From: Azolla caroliniana
Lineage: Eukaryota; Plantae; Polypodiophyta
NCBI GenBank assembly: GCA_043228905.1
Contig: JBHGNT010000001.1
Span: 11,222,001-11,286,000, forward strand
DNA length: 64,000 nt
Reading direction: 5' to 3'
Part shown: in pieces, positions 1 through 12,700 of the stretch
How positions within the stretch are numbered: the stretch's first letter is position 1
Layout: the number at the start of each line of letters is the position of its first letter
Notes under the pieces: generated by a model
What the model saw: the letters and a program-made list of their open reading frames with translations, nothing else
Database searches by the model: none
What the model was told of the DNA's origin: nothing
Program-made: the position numbers and the translations under genes

Positions 1-16
1 CGAGTTTGATTAACAC

Positions 17-1162
17 GTGTACATGGTACAACCCCTCGGATTTCACTCCGAAATGAATACCTCGATTGTCTACCGGTTGAAGAAGTCCCTTTATGGACTA
101 AAGCAAGCCCCGCGTGCTTGGAACGCGAAAATCACGCAACGATTGCGTCAGATGGGATTTGCGACGTCCAAATCGGACTCTTCACTGTTCATTTGGAAAG
201 GTCGACTCGGGCCAGTTAGTATTTTTCTTTATGTTGATGACTTGTTCATCACCAGCGCCGACCTAGGTGAAATTGAGCGTGTAAAGCTCTAGCTCACGAC
301 ATCATTTGACATGAAGGACCTAGGGGACCTTCATTACTTCCTTGGGTTCGAAGTGATCCGTACCCCCGAAGGCATACTGATCAGCCAACGACATTACGTG
401 TTATGTAATCTCTTTAAGTTCGGGATGGCAGATTGTAAGTTCGTCTCGACTCCTTTGGATAGAACTGTCAAGCTTCGCCCCGACTCCGGAAAGGTTTGCG
501 ACCTGAAGAGGTTCCGACATATTGTCGGAAGCCTCATATGCTTGACTATCACTCGACCAGATGTCAGTTACCCGGTCGGTGTGATTAGTCAGTTCATGGT
601 GTGGCCAACCGAGGAACACCTTCAGTGCACACAACGCGTACTCCGGTACGTCAGTGGCACTAAGGACCGGGGGTTACTATATTGGACCGATACTGCCGTG
701 CAGTTAGTCGGCTACACTAATGTTGATTGGGCCGGAAACGCCGGTGATCGCCGATCCACATCCGGATTTGCGTTCTCTCTTGGGAGCGTCGTGATCACGT
801 GGAGTAGTAAGAAGCAACCGACAATTGCCCTGTCAAGCACCGAAGTCAAGTATAGAGGAGCGGTTGTCGCAACATGCGAAGCCATCTGGTTGAAACGACC
901 ACTTAAGGATTTGCAGGTGGAGGTGTCCAATCCGACGACGATCTACTGCGACAACCTCAACAACATCCAATTAGTGAAGAACCCTATCTTCCACGCCCGG
1001 ATTAAGCACATTGAGGTGCACTACCACTTTGTCTGCGAGCGTGTCCTCTCCAGTGAAGTCGAACTTCAGTATGTTCCGACGGATCGGCAGACCACTGACA
1101 TTTTCACCAAGCCCCTTGGTCTCGTCAAGTTGCTACCATTCTCGGGTGCGCTTGGGTTGTGA
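17..1162 (+). pseudogene. Copia A RT-RNase H fragment
   Basis: ORFs 17-292 and 311-1162 share a frame and are separated by one TAG; motifs YVDD, KHIEVHYHF, DIFTKPL. Confidence 0.9.
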
Positions 1163-1538
1163 CACCTCGATGTGCCGAACTTGAGGGGGAGAGACGCCGA
1201 ATCAACTATGGGCCAAGCAGAAGAAAGGGCAGCCGAAGAAGCGCCAACACCGCGACAACAAGGGAGCTGAGAAGAGCCGCACTAGCACACACGCTGACTG
1301 GAAGGGTCGAGGCACGTGGAATCGAACAGGACGAGGAGTGTGAGTGAGGCGTGAAGCCAGAAGAAACCGGAGTGGTGATCCGGAAGAACCAGAAGAGCCT
1401 CAAGTTGAGCTTGAGGGGGAGTGTTGAGATACAAGCTCAACATTGGCCAGATCGGCTGTGCAAGACGAGAACCGGATCGGTTGGGACCGATTGGTTAGGC
1501 GTGACTGGTGAGTAAAACGGGTGCGTAAACCGGTACGC

Positions 1539-2323
1539 TGTCGTGAAGATTTTCGACAAGAGTGTGAAAATCGCGTGGAACGAGGGAAATCGAGAAGGTG
1601 CAATGTGCACACACATGAAATGAGTGATGGTTAGACGCATATGTTAACACATTAATGTGCACGTGTGATGTGTGTTTAGGTGTTCATTACACAAATATAT
1701 AAAATAAGCCTAACGCATACAATGAGGTGCAAGTAAAGGTTTGAACCTTACACTTCTAAGATAGGAGGCAATTGACATACCATTAGACTAGGTTATCTCC
1801 TTTAAACTTATTTTTTTCATAATTTTTACACGAACTACTGGTACATGAGAGCTTGGATGAGGTACATGGTCATCATGCATCGCATGTGATGCATGAGCGC
1901 CAAATGGCAATCATGCATTGCATGCATTTCATACATTGTATGCATGTACTACACCCTCACATGCGCATATGCATGGGGGCATCTATATAAGAAGGAGAGG
2001 AAGGGAAAGGAAGGCAAGCAAAATATGCAATCAATAATAATTAATAAACCTTAGTTATCTCATTGACAATGTGTCTTGTATCTCAAATTTGAAGTCAAAA
2101 GTTCAAACCGGGAATTCGTCCTATATGTATCAATCCATCTTTAATACTGCTTGCATGCGCTAGTTCTTCCGCCGTTCCATTGTCTTGAACAATCCTTCGA
2201 TCCTCCATCACCACTTGCGGATAGAGGCCAATGCTTGTCTGCACACGTGTAACACACACATCTCGACATTGGCACATGCGTCACATGCTTCACAACATCT
2301 TTATGGTGTGGTAAATATTTTCT

Positions 2324-2365
<42 letters not shown>

Positions 2366-2524
2366 GTCAACCCACACAAGCATCTTCGACAACAAAGGAC
2401 GACTCGATGATAAACCTAAATGATGGTCGATTCCTTACAAGCACAAGTCACCCGATTCATCCTCCTTGGTCAAAGACCCCGGTGGTTCCGTTCGACTGAC
2501 CCGCATGCACGGATTTTCGCGACA
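1539..2524 (+). mobile_element. Gypsy solo LTR (H/K lineage) inserted in Copia A LTR, 4-bp TSD ACGC
   Basis: Starts TGTCGTGAAGAT, ends ATTTTCGCGACA; ACGC at 1535-1538 and 2525-2528; removing it restores the host LTR (CGGTACGCAAACCGGTGC); ends resemble the LTRs at 30657-31573 and 57656-58352. Confidence 0.85.
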
Positions 2525-2604
2525 ACGCAAACCGGTGCACAACGAGAAGCCGTAGCTATGCATAAACCGTGAGGCCATTGGAATGATATTCCGCGTAGGA
2601 ATAT

Positions 2605-2879
2605 TGTTGAGAGACAAGCTCAACATTGGCCGGATCGGCTGAGCAAGCCGAGGACCGGATCGGTTGGGACCGATCGGTTAGGCCGGACCGGTGCGTAAAA
2701 CGGATGCGTAAATCGATACGCAAACCGGTGCGTAGGAAGGCCGTATTTTTTAATAAAGTTCTAGTGTTTACTCTCTCCCTGTCTCTCCCGTGCGTACTGT
2801 GCAAACCTAAGCTTTCCATTAAACCTGAGTTTTCTATTGTTCGGTTTTTCTATATTGCTTCCACACACCATTCTTTTCA
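2605..2879 (+). repeat. Copia B 5' LTR (internally deleted)
   Basis: TG...CA; matches 13235-13661 apart from two indels and substitutions. Confidence 0.9.
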
Positions 2880-2891
2880 TGGTATCAGAGC
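2880..2891 (+). promoter_or_regulatory. Copia B primer-binding site, tRNA-iMet
   Basis: TGGTATCAGAGC immediately after the LTR. Confidence 0.92.
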
Positions 2892-4291
2892 GCGAGGGTT
2901 GAGAACCTCTGCAACCGACTTTGCTCGAAGGAAAAACCAATGAAGAAGAACAAGAAAACCGATGGACAAAGGAATGACTAGCTCCCTTCCGACGGAGAAG
3001 CTCGACAAAAACAACTATGTGTCTTGGTCTTACAAGATGCACCAGTACCTGCTTGGACACGGTTACTGGAGCTATGTCGATGGTGCAAATGACACAACAC
3101 CCGATTCGACACACAAAGACTTCTCGGCGTGGGAACAATCGGCGAGCAGAGTGTTGTACTGCTTCGCGTCTTGTGTGGGTGAACAACTATTAAGCTATGT
3201 TCGGGATGCAAAAACGCCGAAGGGTGCGTGGGAAAATCTGAAGAAGATTTTCACCGCGAGCACCACAACTAGGAAGCTTCAACTTCGACAGGAGTTGAGC
3301 AACCTACGACAACGCGATTTGTCGGTGGCTGACTATACCTCGAAGATCAAGGACATATGTGACTCCTTAGCTTCCATTGATGTGAACATCGAGGAAAGCG
3401 AGATGGTCCAGGTCTGTCTCGGGGGTTTGGTGTCAAAGTTCGGTGCGTTCCGAACTGCTGTGTGTACTCGGGAGAATACGCCGTCCTTTTTCGACTTACA
3501 GTCGATGCTCCTGGTAGAGGAGAACCATGGGGTGCGTCAACGAGCACGCACGCCGACAACAAGATGTTGTACACGGAGGGAGATAGGCCCCGTGGTTGTG
3601 GCGGACGAGGCGACTCGGTACGCAATGGAGGTGGTCGACGGGATCAAGGAAGAAGGCACCGAAGTGATGCCGACAGCAATTCCGGACCCTTCGGAAACAG
3701 GGGGAGTCGAGGCGATGAGAACCGGCAAGGGAAATCCGCCGCAGAATGCTGGTACTGTGGCAAGAAAGGCCACAGGGAGAGCGAGTGCTAGAAAAAGCAT
3801 GCTGAGTCGGAGAGGACTGGTTCCAGATTTGGTTCCGGACATACCGACAAAGGAAACCGGCAACGATCGCACTATGCCGAAGGATCCGGAAAAGCCGGAA
3901 AAGGGTCAGTCTTCGTGACGAGACACGAAGCAAACTCAATGAAGAAGATCACCCCGAAGTCGGAGGAGGTGTGGTACGTCGACTCCGGCGCGTCAAACCA
4001 CATGACGTGCCACGAGGAGTGGTTCTCATACCTTGAGAAACCGACGCAACTAGGAGTAGTCGCAATCGGAGATGACACTCCGCATCCGATCGCGAATGTC
4101 GGTGAAGTTCCCTTGAGCCATGTCGGGCAGAAAGGGAAAATTATGAACGTGTTACACGTCTCGACCATCACGAAGAATCTGGTGTCGGTCAGGCAAATCG
4201 TCGACCAGGGGATGCAGGTTCGGTTTACACACCTTGGGTGCTTCATTGAGGAAGAAGGCCATATTATTGCGCAAGGGCGTAGAGATGGGAG

Positions 4292-4377
4292 TGTTGGAAG
4301 CGAGGTCGTCAATGCGGAAGATCTTGAAGCATTCAGTTCTGTTCTTCTCCTGCGTATGACAGAATGTAGGTCGTTGC

Positions 4378-4413
<36 letters not shown>

Positions 4414-4590
4414 ACACACACAAAAGAACTTTCTATTTCCCAAAGCAATAATACAACAGCCAACCTTACAAAAAGGTTACAAGGTCAATATATATAGTGA
4501 CCGACTTAGGGCAACTACCCTTTATGCTAATTACATAAATGGCCAAGACGAGATAGTGTGAATACGTCCATTATACACATGTATTCGACA
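4292..4590 (-). repeat. Copia E1 3' LTR
   Basis: Direct repeat of 9476-9772, differing only in the GA/CA and TA microsatellite tracts. Confidence 0.95.
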
Positions 4591-4783
4591 CTCCCCCGTA
4601 ATGGGCGTATACATGGGTTATCTGAGATTACAGGTATAGACTTAGGTTCTCGGACATATCAGCTTTGTTCGAGTCGGCAGGGTCCGAAGGCAGAAGACCG
4701 AACTGGTCGGGTCGGAACAGTTGAAGCCGATCATTAAGGAACTGATGTCGGTTGTCGGGAACCATCCTGCTCTGTGTCCGGCT

Positions 4784-7700
4784 CTAACCGGACTGGTTTG
4801 CCGTTACGCCCATCTGATGCCGAAGAGACCGAAAACGGTCTGCCGAAAGACACTTGGTCATTCCATCTGCGACATTGTCGGTTGTGGATATTTTCTCTAG
4901 ACCGATTTTCCCTGAAATGACGCAGTCCCGAACGAAGTGATATCGAACGTCGATATGTTTGGAGGCGTTGTGGTGAACCGGATTTTTCGACAAGGCAACA
5001 ACACCTTGACTGTCGCTGTAGACAACTGGAGCCGAGTCATGGTCGACTTGTCGAAACGTGTGCGCCAGCCGACCGAGCCACAAAGCTTCTTTTGCTGCGT
5101 CGGACGCAGCTACATATTCTGCTTCGGTCGTTGAGGTCGCTGTGCACTCCTGAAGTTTCGACTTCCACGAGATTGCTCCATTGCCGAATTTGAAGCAGTA
5201 TCCGGTTGTTGATTTCCGACTGTCTATACAGCCGGCGAAGTCCGAGTCGGTGTAACCGACTACGCCTGAGGTTCGGTTCGGTCCGAAAAGAATGCCATGG
5301 TCTTTTGTGCCAGCCAGATATCTGAACACATGCTTGACTGCGTTCCAATGCGATCGGCCAGGATTGTGCATAAATCTGCTAACGACTCCTACGGCATGAG
5401 AGATATCAGGCCGTGTCGCGACCATCAGGTACATAAGGGAGCCGACTGCCGGTGCATACGGTACCGACTTCATATCTTCCCCCTCCGGACCGGATGTCGG
5501 GCAGTCTCGCTGAGAGAGCCGAAGATTCATAGGGAGCGGGGTTGAAGCAGATTTGGCTGATTGCATGTTGAAGCGTTCCAAGACACGTCCGATATAGTCG
5601 GTCTGAGACAAAAAAAGGTGTCGTTTGTCGCGATGCCGACTGATCTTCATGCCGAGTATGTGTCGTGCCGGACCGAGATCCTTCATGGCAAACTTCAACC
5701 GCAGTTGCCGAATGAGATCGGCAAGTTCGCCCGCGTGGCGTCCAGAAATTAGCATGTCGTCCACGTAAATGATGAGGAAGATGGGTGATCCATCTTGAGC
5801 TGTGTTGGTGAAGAGACAATGGTCCTCATCGCTTTTTGAGAAGCCGATCGATTTGATGAAGTCGTCGAACTTCTTGTACCATTGTCGCGGTGCCTGTTTG
5901 AGGCCGTATAGACTCTTCCTGAGTCGGCAGACTAGATGTTCTTGGCCAGTCGCCACGAAGCCTTTTGGCTGCTCCATATAAATTTCCTCGTCTAGATCAC
6001 CATGGAGGAATGCTGTTTTGACATCTAGCTGAATCAGCTCCAAGTTGTCGGCTGCCACTACGCCGAGTAGGAAACGAAGGGTTGTCATTTTCACCACTGG
6101 TGAAAAAATCTCGTCGAAGTCGACGCCGTATTCTTGTCGGAAGCCCTTCGCAACTAGTCTGGCCTTGTACTTTGGGGTGGTCGAATCAGACGTCTCTTTT
6201 AGTCGATAAACCCACTTGCAAGGAAGAGCACGTCGGTTCCTAGGTAATTCGACCAGATCCCAAGTCTTGTTTGCCCGAATGGAGTGCATTTCCGACTCCA
6301 TCGCCAGATGCCAGGTGGCTGAATCGACGGATGTCGATGCTTCTTCGTAAGACGTCGGTTCGCCGGCGTCGGTGAAGAAAATTCCAGGAGAATACCTCTC
6401 CGGAGGTTGCGACAGTCTCTCGGATCGTCGAGGCATGATTGGACTGGTCGCATCGGGTATCGTGGTCGGATGGTCCGAAAGCGGATTGTTCTGCTGTGCC
6501 GAGTCGGAGTTGTCCGAGTCGGTAGTGTAAGGTTCAGCTACCCGTGAAGCTGACCGTGTGTTGAGAGCGGGGCCTTCTTGAAGGGTCGGCACATCGGAAA
6601 AGGTTACCCTTCGGACTTCGATCGGTTTTTCGACTGATGGATTCATGGCCGACTCGTTGAACACAACGTCCGAACTTCGAACGATTTGTCTGCGTTCGGG
6701 GTCCCAGAGTCGGTATCCCATTTCGCCGTTGGATCCATATCCAAGGAAAATGCATTTCCTGGACCGAGGTGCAAGTTTTCGGCGATCATCTTTCGGAATA
6801 AGGGTGTACGCCTCGCATCCGAAGATCCTCAGCTTGTCGTAATTCGGCTTACTGCCGATCCATAGTTCCTGAGGAATTTGAAGTCCTAGAGGTCTACTTG
6901 GCGACATATTGATTATGTGTACTGCCGTGAGTAGAGCCTCTGCCCAGAAGCCATCCGACAGTCCGGAGTGTTGGAGCATGGAAACTGTCCGTTCTTGGAT
7001 TGTCCGATTCATGCGTTCGGCAATCCCGTTTTGCTCCGGACTGTGTGGTGCCGTAAATTCTCGTCGGATGCCGCGTTGTCGGCAGAATTTGACGAATTCT
7101 TCAGATTTAAACTCTCCCCCATTGTCTGTCCGAAGGCATTTCAGCTTTCGGTCGGTTTGATTTTCTACCATAGCGAGCCAATCGGTGAAGATCGAGAAGA
7201 CCCGATCTTTGGTGCGAATTGGATAAGCCCACACCTTTCGAGTCGAATCGTCAATAAAAGTGACGAAGTAAGAGGCACCACCGAGAGACTGATGCGGCAT
7301 TGGGCCACAGACGTCCGAGTGGACCAAATCGAGAGGTCTCGATTCTCTTGGTGCTGATGTCGGGTGTGATGTGGCTGCTTGTTTGCCATACTGGCAATGC
7401 TCGCAGAATTGATGGTCGGAGAAGGAGAGTTTGGGGATGTATCCGGCTCTAGATAGGTGCGTGATGCCGGCCTTGCTGAGGTGTCCTAATCTTCGGTGCC
7501 ATAGTGATGACACAGGAATATCCACCAAAAACAGGTTACCCTCTCTGAGCGTAACATGTAACGGATACAGGGAGTGTATCTTGGGTCCTCTAGCAAGCAG
7601 GAGGTTCCCCCTGTGGAGTGTCCACCCTCCCGAAGAAAAACCGGCACGAATGCCGTCTTCATCTAGTTGTCCGACTGAGATCAATGGCCGTGAGAGCTCG

Positions 7701-8797
7701 GGTACATGTCGGACATTGTGGAGTACAAGTGTAGAGCCACCTGCAAGGTTGAGCTCTACTGTGCCGATTCCGATGATGTCACAGTGTTGCGAGTTACCGA
7801 CCCGAACTGAGTCGGAGTGACGGATCGTGTATTGCCGAAATTGGGATCGATGAGGAGTCACGTGAAACGACGCGCCCGAATCCAAGAGCCATGTGCTCGA
7901 TTCTTCAGTCGTGAGCAGAACTTCTGAGCCAACTGGATTTTCGATTGATAGTATGTTCGGGTCGTCTGGTAGCACATCAGCTGAGAAGCTGACGTAATTG
8001 ATCTCCTCATGCCGGCCACTCTTCTTGTTGTTCTTGTTCTTGAGTGCGCGGCAGTCGGCTTTGATGTGTCCGGGTTTCTTGCAGTAGTTGCAGATTCGGT
8101 TATCCCGTGACTGGCTCCGTCTTCGCTGATTGTTCGGCGGCCGTGAGGAATCTCTTCCTCGTATGTTCGATCGGTCTGTCGAACCTTGTACTACGTAAGC
8201 GTCGTCTGTTGAGTCTTTGGCGAAAGACTTTCTCCGAGCTGCTTCGGTCAGGATTGCGCTCGTGACTTCGGAGTATTTAACAGCCGTGGTTGACGCGTTG
8301 CACACGGTTGTGACGAAAGTTTCCCATGATGAGGGAAGGCTGCTCATGAGTATCATTGCTCTGAGTTCATCCTCGATTGCCGTCCCCTGTGACGAGATTT
8401 GGGAGCTTATGCTTTCGTACTCATTGAGGTGTGCTTGAACCGAGTCGGATTCTTTCATCCGCAAGTTGTAGAGGCGCCGGATCAGAAACATCTTTGTTGC
8501 GGCGACCTTCTTTTCGTAAGTGTCCGACAGTGTTTTCCACAGTTCAAATGTTGTCGTACACGATTGCACCGTAAAGTATACCGATTCCGATAGGTGCATC
8601 CGAATCGTGGCGCGGACGATTCTGTCCAGCTTCTGCCACTCAATTGGTTTGTATCCTTCTGGAGGTTCTTCATTTTCGATGGGATCGATTTGCCCCTTGA
8701 CTATGAGATAGTCCTGCATTTGTTCCTTCCAGAAGTTGAAGTTCGATCCATCGAACTTTCGTAGACTCATTTCTGACGAGCCGGATGTTGATGCCAT
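4784..8797 (-). CDS. Copia E1 Gag-Pol polyprotein, about 1337 aa
   Basis: One open frame from ATG 8797; CNYCKKPGHIKADC, WLLDSGAS, HSDVCGP...TDNGGE...NGIAER, YVDD, GYTDSD, ADGMTK. Confidence 0.95.
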   Translation of the reverse strand: MASTSGSSEMSLRKFDGSNFNFWKEQMQDYLIVKGQIDPIENEEPPEGYKPIEWQKLDRIVRATIRMHLSESVYFTVQSCTTTFELWKTLSDTYEKKVAATKMFLIRRLYNLRMKESDSVQAHLNEYESISSQISSQGTAIEDELRAMILMSSLPSSWETFVTTVCNASTTAVKYSEVTSAILTEAARRKSFAKDSTDDAYVVQGSTDRSNIRGRDSSRPPNNQRRRSQSRDNRICNYCKKPGHIKADCRALKNKNNKKSGRHEEINYVSFSADVLPDDPNILSIENPVGSEVLLTTEESSTWLLDSGASFHVTPHRSQFRQYTIRHSDSVRVGNSQHCDIIGIGTVELNLAGGSTLVLHNVRHVPELSRPLISVGQLDEDGIRAGFSSGGWTLHRGNLLLARGPKIHSLYPLHVTLREGNLFLVDIPVSSLWHRRLGHLSKAGITHLSRAGYIPKLSFSDHQFCEHCQYGKQAATSHPTSAPRESRPLDLVHSDVCGPMPHQSLGGASYFVTFIDDSTRKVWAYPIRTKDRVFSIFTDWLAMVENQTDRKLKCLRTDNGGEFKSEEFVKFCRQRGIRREFTAPHSPEQNGIAERMNRTIQERTVSMLQHSGLSDGFWAEALLTAVHIINMSPSRPLGLQIPQELWIGSKPNYDKLRIFGCEAYTLIPKDDRRKLAPRSRKCIFLGYGSNGEMGYRLWDPERRQIVRSSDVVFNESAMNPSVEKPIEVRRVTFSDVPTLQEGPALNTRSASRVAEPYTTDSDNSDSAQQNNPLSDHPTTIPDATSPIMPRRSERLSQPPERYSPGIFFTDAGEPTSYEEASTSVDSATWHLAMESEMHSIRANKTWDLVELPRNRRALPCKWVYRLKETSDSTTPKYKARLVAKGFRQEYGVDFDEIFSPVVKMTTLRFLLGVVAADNLELIQLDVKTAFLHGDLDEEIYMEQPKGFVATGQEHLVCRLRKSLYGLKQAPRQWYKKFDDFIKSIGFSKSDEDHCLFTNTAQDGSPIFLIIYVDDMLISGRHAGELADLIRQLRLKFAMKDLGPARHILGMKISRHRDKRHLFLSQTDYIGRVLERFNMQSAKSASTPLPMNLRLSQRDCPTSGPEGEDMKSVPYAPAVGSLMYLMVATRPDISHAVGVVSRFMHNPGRSHWNAVKHVFRYLAGTKDHGILFGPNRTSGVVGYTDSDFAGCIDSRKSTTGYCFKFGNGAISWKSKLQECTATSTTEAEYVAASDAAKEALWLGRLAHTFRQVDHDSAPVVYSDSQGVVALSKNPVHHNASKHIDVRYHFVRDCVISGKIGLEKISTTDNVADGMTKCLSADRFRSLRHQMGVTANQSG

Positions 8798-9475
8798 CAA
8801 ATTCGGTTTTGGTTAACGAAGCTCGGTTCGGAGTTGACTACGGACCTTGTTGGAGTGCAGCCGGTTGGCTCACCCGATATTGTTCTAGTCGGGTTTGAAC
8901 CCGAGTCGGTTCGGCTTCGGAACTTGCTCGAATTGACTTCGGTAGCTTGAGGGACAGAGCCGACTGGTCTTCCCGAATGTTGCCGAGTCGGAGTGAGCCC
9001 GGTTCGCTTCGGATATATATGCCGAATACCGATTATTAAAACCGATTATCTGGACCGATTCTGCTTCGGGTGACTGCAGCAACGAGAGAGATGGATCTAA
9101 CTGATCCTCTCGAATGTCGATCAGCCTGATGAAGCACGAATTTGGGGTTGTTGTCTTGAGACCGATCTGCACCGAGTGGTTACAGCGAGCGGCGTTTGAT
9201 GACCTCTTCGGATGCCGTTTAACCGAATGGAGCACGAATCGTGTCAATGTTGCACGAGGGGATTTCACCTCGAGCGGTTACAATCACAAGGAACGGAGTA
9301 CAGCCTGCTGGCTTACTCCAAACAAAGATGATCTAACGCGATGAGATGCAAACCTGGTTTTTTTTTTTTTTTTCTTCTTCCTCTCTCTTCTTCGAATGAC
9401 GCAGGAAACCGAATGCTGAGACGACGGCCGACAGCGGATTGAGGGACCGACTACTGTGCAGGCTCTGATACCAGA

Positions 9476-9560
9476 TGTTGGAAGCGAGGTCGTCAATGCG
9501 GAAGATCTTGAAGCATTCAGTTCTGTTCTTCTCCTGCGTATGACAGAATGTAGGTCGTTG

Positions 9561-9597
<37 letters not shown>

Positions 9598-9772
9598 ACA
9601 CAAAAGAACTTTCTATTTCCCAAAGCAATAATACAACAGCCAACCTTACAAAAAGGTTACAAGGTCAATATATATATAGTGACCGACTTAGGGCAACTAC
9701 CCTTTATGCTAATTACATAAATGGCCAAGACGAGATAGTGTGAATACGTCCATTATACACATGTATTCGACA
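9476..9772 (-). repeat. Copia E1 5' LTR
   Basis: Next to the iMet PBS; direct repeat of 4292-4590. Confidence 0.95.
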
Positions 9773-12700
9773 GGGAGGATGTTCATCTTCGACTCTACTG
9801 ACGGTGGCACCGCAATGTTCGCGAAGGGACAAAAAGTCGAGTCGGACATTGACTTATGGCACAAGCGGATAGGCCACGTCAACTACCAGCGGCTTCAAGA
9901 CCTGCAATCGAAACAAGTGGTGTTCGGATTGCCCAAATTTAGTGGCTGGAAGGCACAAATTTGTGAAGCATGCCAGCTTGGGAAGGAACACCGACTTCCC
10001 TTCCCCAACGAGCATAACCGGAGCCGGAACAAGCTCGACGTGATACACTCCGATGTGTGGGGGCCAGCACAAAACGTTAGTCTTGGCGGGAGCTGATATT
10101 TCGTCTCCTTCATCGATGACTACACGCGACACACATGGATCTACCTCATCGAGAGGAAGAGCGAAGTCTTTGACTGTTTCCGGGACCTCAAAGGGTTTGT
10201 GGAAACGAAAACAGGAAGACAGATCAAGTGCCTACGGTCGGATGGCGGAAAAGAATACTTTTCCAGTCAATTCAACGGTTATCTACAACAGATGGGAATT
10301 TGGCGCGAATTCAGTTGCAGTACACGCCGGAGCAAAACGGCGTGGCCGAGAGGAAAAATCGGTTGGTTGTGGAAGCGGCATGGGCAATGCTGGAAGAGAA
10401 GAGCTTGCCCAAGTTCTATTGGGCCGAGGCGGTAAGGACCGCGGTATACATCCAGAATCGGATCGGAGATAAAGTGTCGGCGCACGAGCTATATTTCGGA
10501 ACGAAGCCGAACTTGTGACACTTATGAGTTTTCGGTAGCATTGCGTATGTGCATGTGCCGAAGGAGAAAAGGAGGAAGTTGGACGCGAAAGCCGAGAAGT
10601 GTATATTGGTTGGCTATTCGGACAAGCAAAAGGGTTATAAGTGCTATAACCCGCGTACCAAACAAGCGCGCGCGAGCCGCGACGTTGTGTTTGATGAGTC
10701 CGCGTCCTGGTACTTGCCCCCGACTCCGGACCTCACCTCCAATCCAGGTTCTGACGATGAGGTCAGCGAGACTGAGATGCCTCCGGATGAGCCTGAAATC
10801 GGGACCCGCGAAGAGAGTCCGATTTCGTTTCGGTTAAGTGGACCGAATGGACGACTGAGTCGTTTCGACCAGTCCGATGAAGAGCCGACGAGTAGTGGAG
10901 ACTTGGCTGCACATTCCCTGCACAGGAATCCAAGGAGATGGCTTACGCACAAAGAGAAAGGGAAGAAAAAGGTGTCGGATTCCGGCACGGATAGAAATGA
11001 GTCAGACCGACGCGAGTCTGACTCTGAGGAAAGCGGTGACGGGTCTTCAAGAGCGAAGTCCGCATCGGCCGAGAAGACCTGGACATCGGCTAAAGACCGA
11101 TTACGCCGATCTACCCGCTAGAAGAACCTAGTTGTGCAGTTCGGATACAACAAGTACATGGCGCATCATTATGCGTACATGACCCGTGTAGCGGAAGTGC
11201 GTGAGCCGGAGAGCTACGCAGAAGCGGCTAAGGACGCGAACTGGCGTGCCGTGATGGAGGAAGAGATGCACGCATTGGCGAAAAACGAGACCTGGGACCT
11301 GGTTGATGCACCAAAGGGTGTGAAGCCGATCAGATGTAGGTGGGTGTGCAAGGTCAACCGATACAAGGCCCGGTTAGTGGCAAAAGGCTACGCGCAAAAA
11401 CACGACATCGACTACGATGAGACGTTTGCGCCGGTCGCGAAGATGATGACCGTCTGTGTTTTGCTCGCGATAGCTGCGGCAAAGGGGTGGCACTTACATC
11501 AGATGGATGTAAAGAATGCGTTCCTGCAAGGTGAGCTTGAGGAACAGGTGTACATGGTACAACCCCCCGGATTTCACTTCGGAACGAACACCTCGGCAGT
11601 GTGCCGATTGAAGAAGTTCCTTCACGGATTGAAGCAAGCCCCGCGTGCCTGAAACGCGAAGATCATGCAGCAACGACGTCGGATGGGCTTTGCAATGTCA
11701 AAATCGGACTCTTCCCTGTTCATCTAGAAAGGTCGACTCGGGCCAATTAGTATTTTACTATATGTTGATGACTTGGTCATCACCGGCGCCGACCTAGGTG
11801 AAATCGACCGCGTGAAGCTCTAGCTTGTGGCATCATTCGACATGAAGGATCTGGGGGACCTTCATTACTTCCTCGGGATCGAAGTGGTTCGCACCCCCGA
11901 AGGCATATTGATCAGCCAACGTCATTACACGCTGAATATGCTCTTGAAATTTAGGATGGCAGATTGTAAGTCCGTCTCGACTCCTCTTGATAGAACCATC
12001 AAGCTTCGCCCCAATTCCGGAAAGGTGTGCGACCCGACGAGGTTCTGACAAATTGTCGAAAGCCTTATTTACTTGACAATCACCCGACCTGATCTCAGTT
12101 ATCCGGTCGGGGTGATCAGTCAGTTTATGGCGCGACCTACCGAGGAGCACCTTCAGTGTGCGCAACGCATACTGCAGTACATAAGCGGCACTAAGGACCG
12201 GGGACTGCTATTTCGGACCGGTCTAGCCCCGCAGTTGGTTGGCTACACCGATGTTGATTGGGCTGGCAACGCCCCCGATCGCCGATCCACGTCTGGATAC
12301 GCGTTCTCTCTTGGGAGTGCCACGATAGCGTGGAGTAGCAAGAAACAATTGACAGTTGCACTGTCGAGCACTGAAGTCGAGTATAGAGGAGTGGCTGTTG
12401 CAACATGCGAAGCCATATGGTTGAAGCGGCTACTTAAGGATCTGTAGGTGGAGGTGTCCGATCTGACGACGATCTATTGCGACAACCTCAGCAGCATCCA
12501 ACTCGCGAAGAACCCCATCTTTCATGCACGGACCAAGCACATTGAGGTGCACTACCATTTTGTCTGTGAGCATGTTCTTTTTGGTGAAGTCGAACTTCAA
12601 TATGTTCTGACGGATTGGCAGACCGCCGACATCTTCACCAAGCCTCTTGGTCTGGACAAGTTGCGGCAATTCTCGGGTGCGCTTGGGTTGCGTCACCTCA

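Larger units (their letters stand above)
4292..9772 (-). mobile_element. Copia E1: intact young element, TSD GGGAG
   Basis: TSD at 4287-4291 and 9773-9777; LTRs 4292-4590 and 9476-9772; iMet PBS 9462-9473; PPT 4591-4597. Confidence 0.96.

Noticed and set aside
2328-2362. CT/GA microsatellites as independent features
   Set aside because: Ordinary LTR-internal tracts; they create the spurious SLSL/ERER ORFs.
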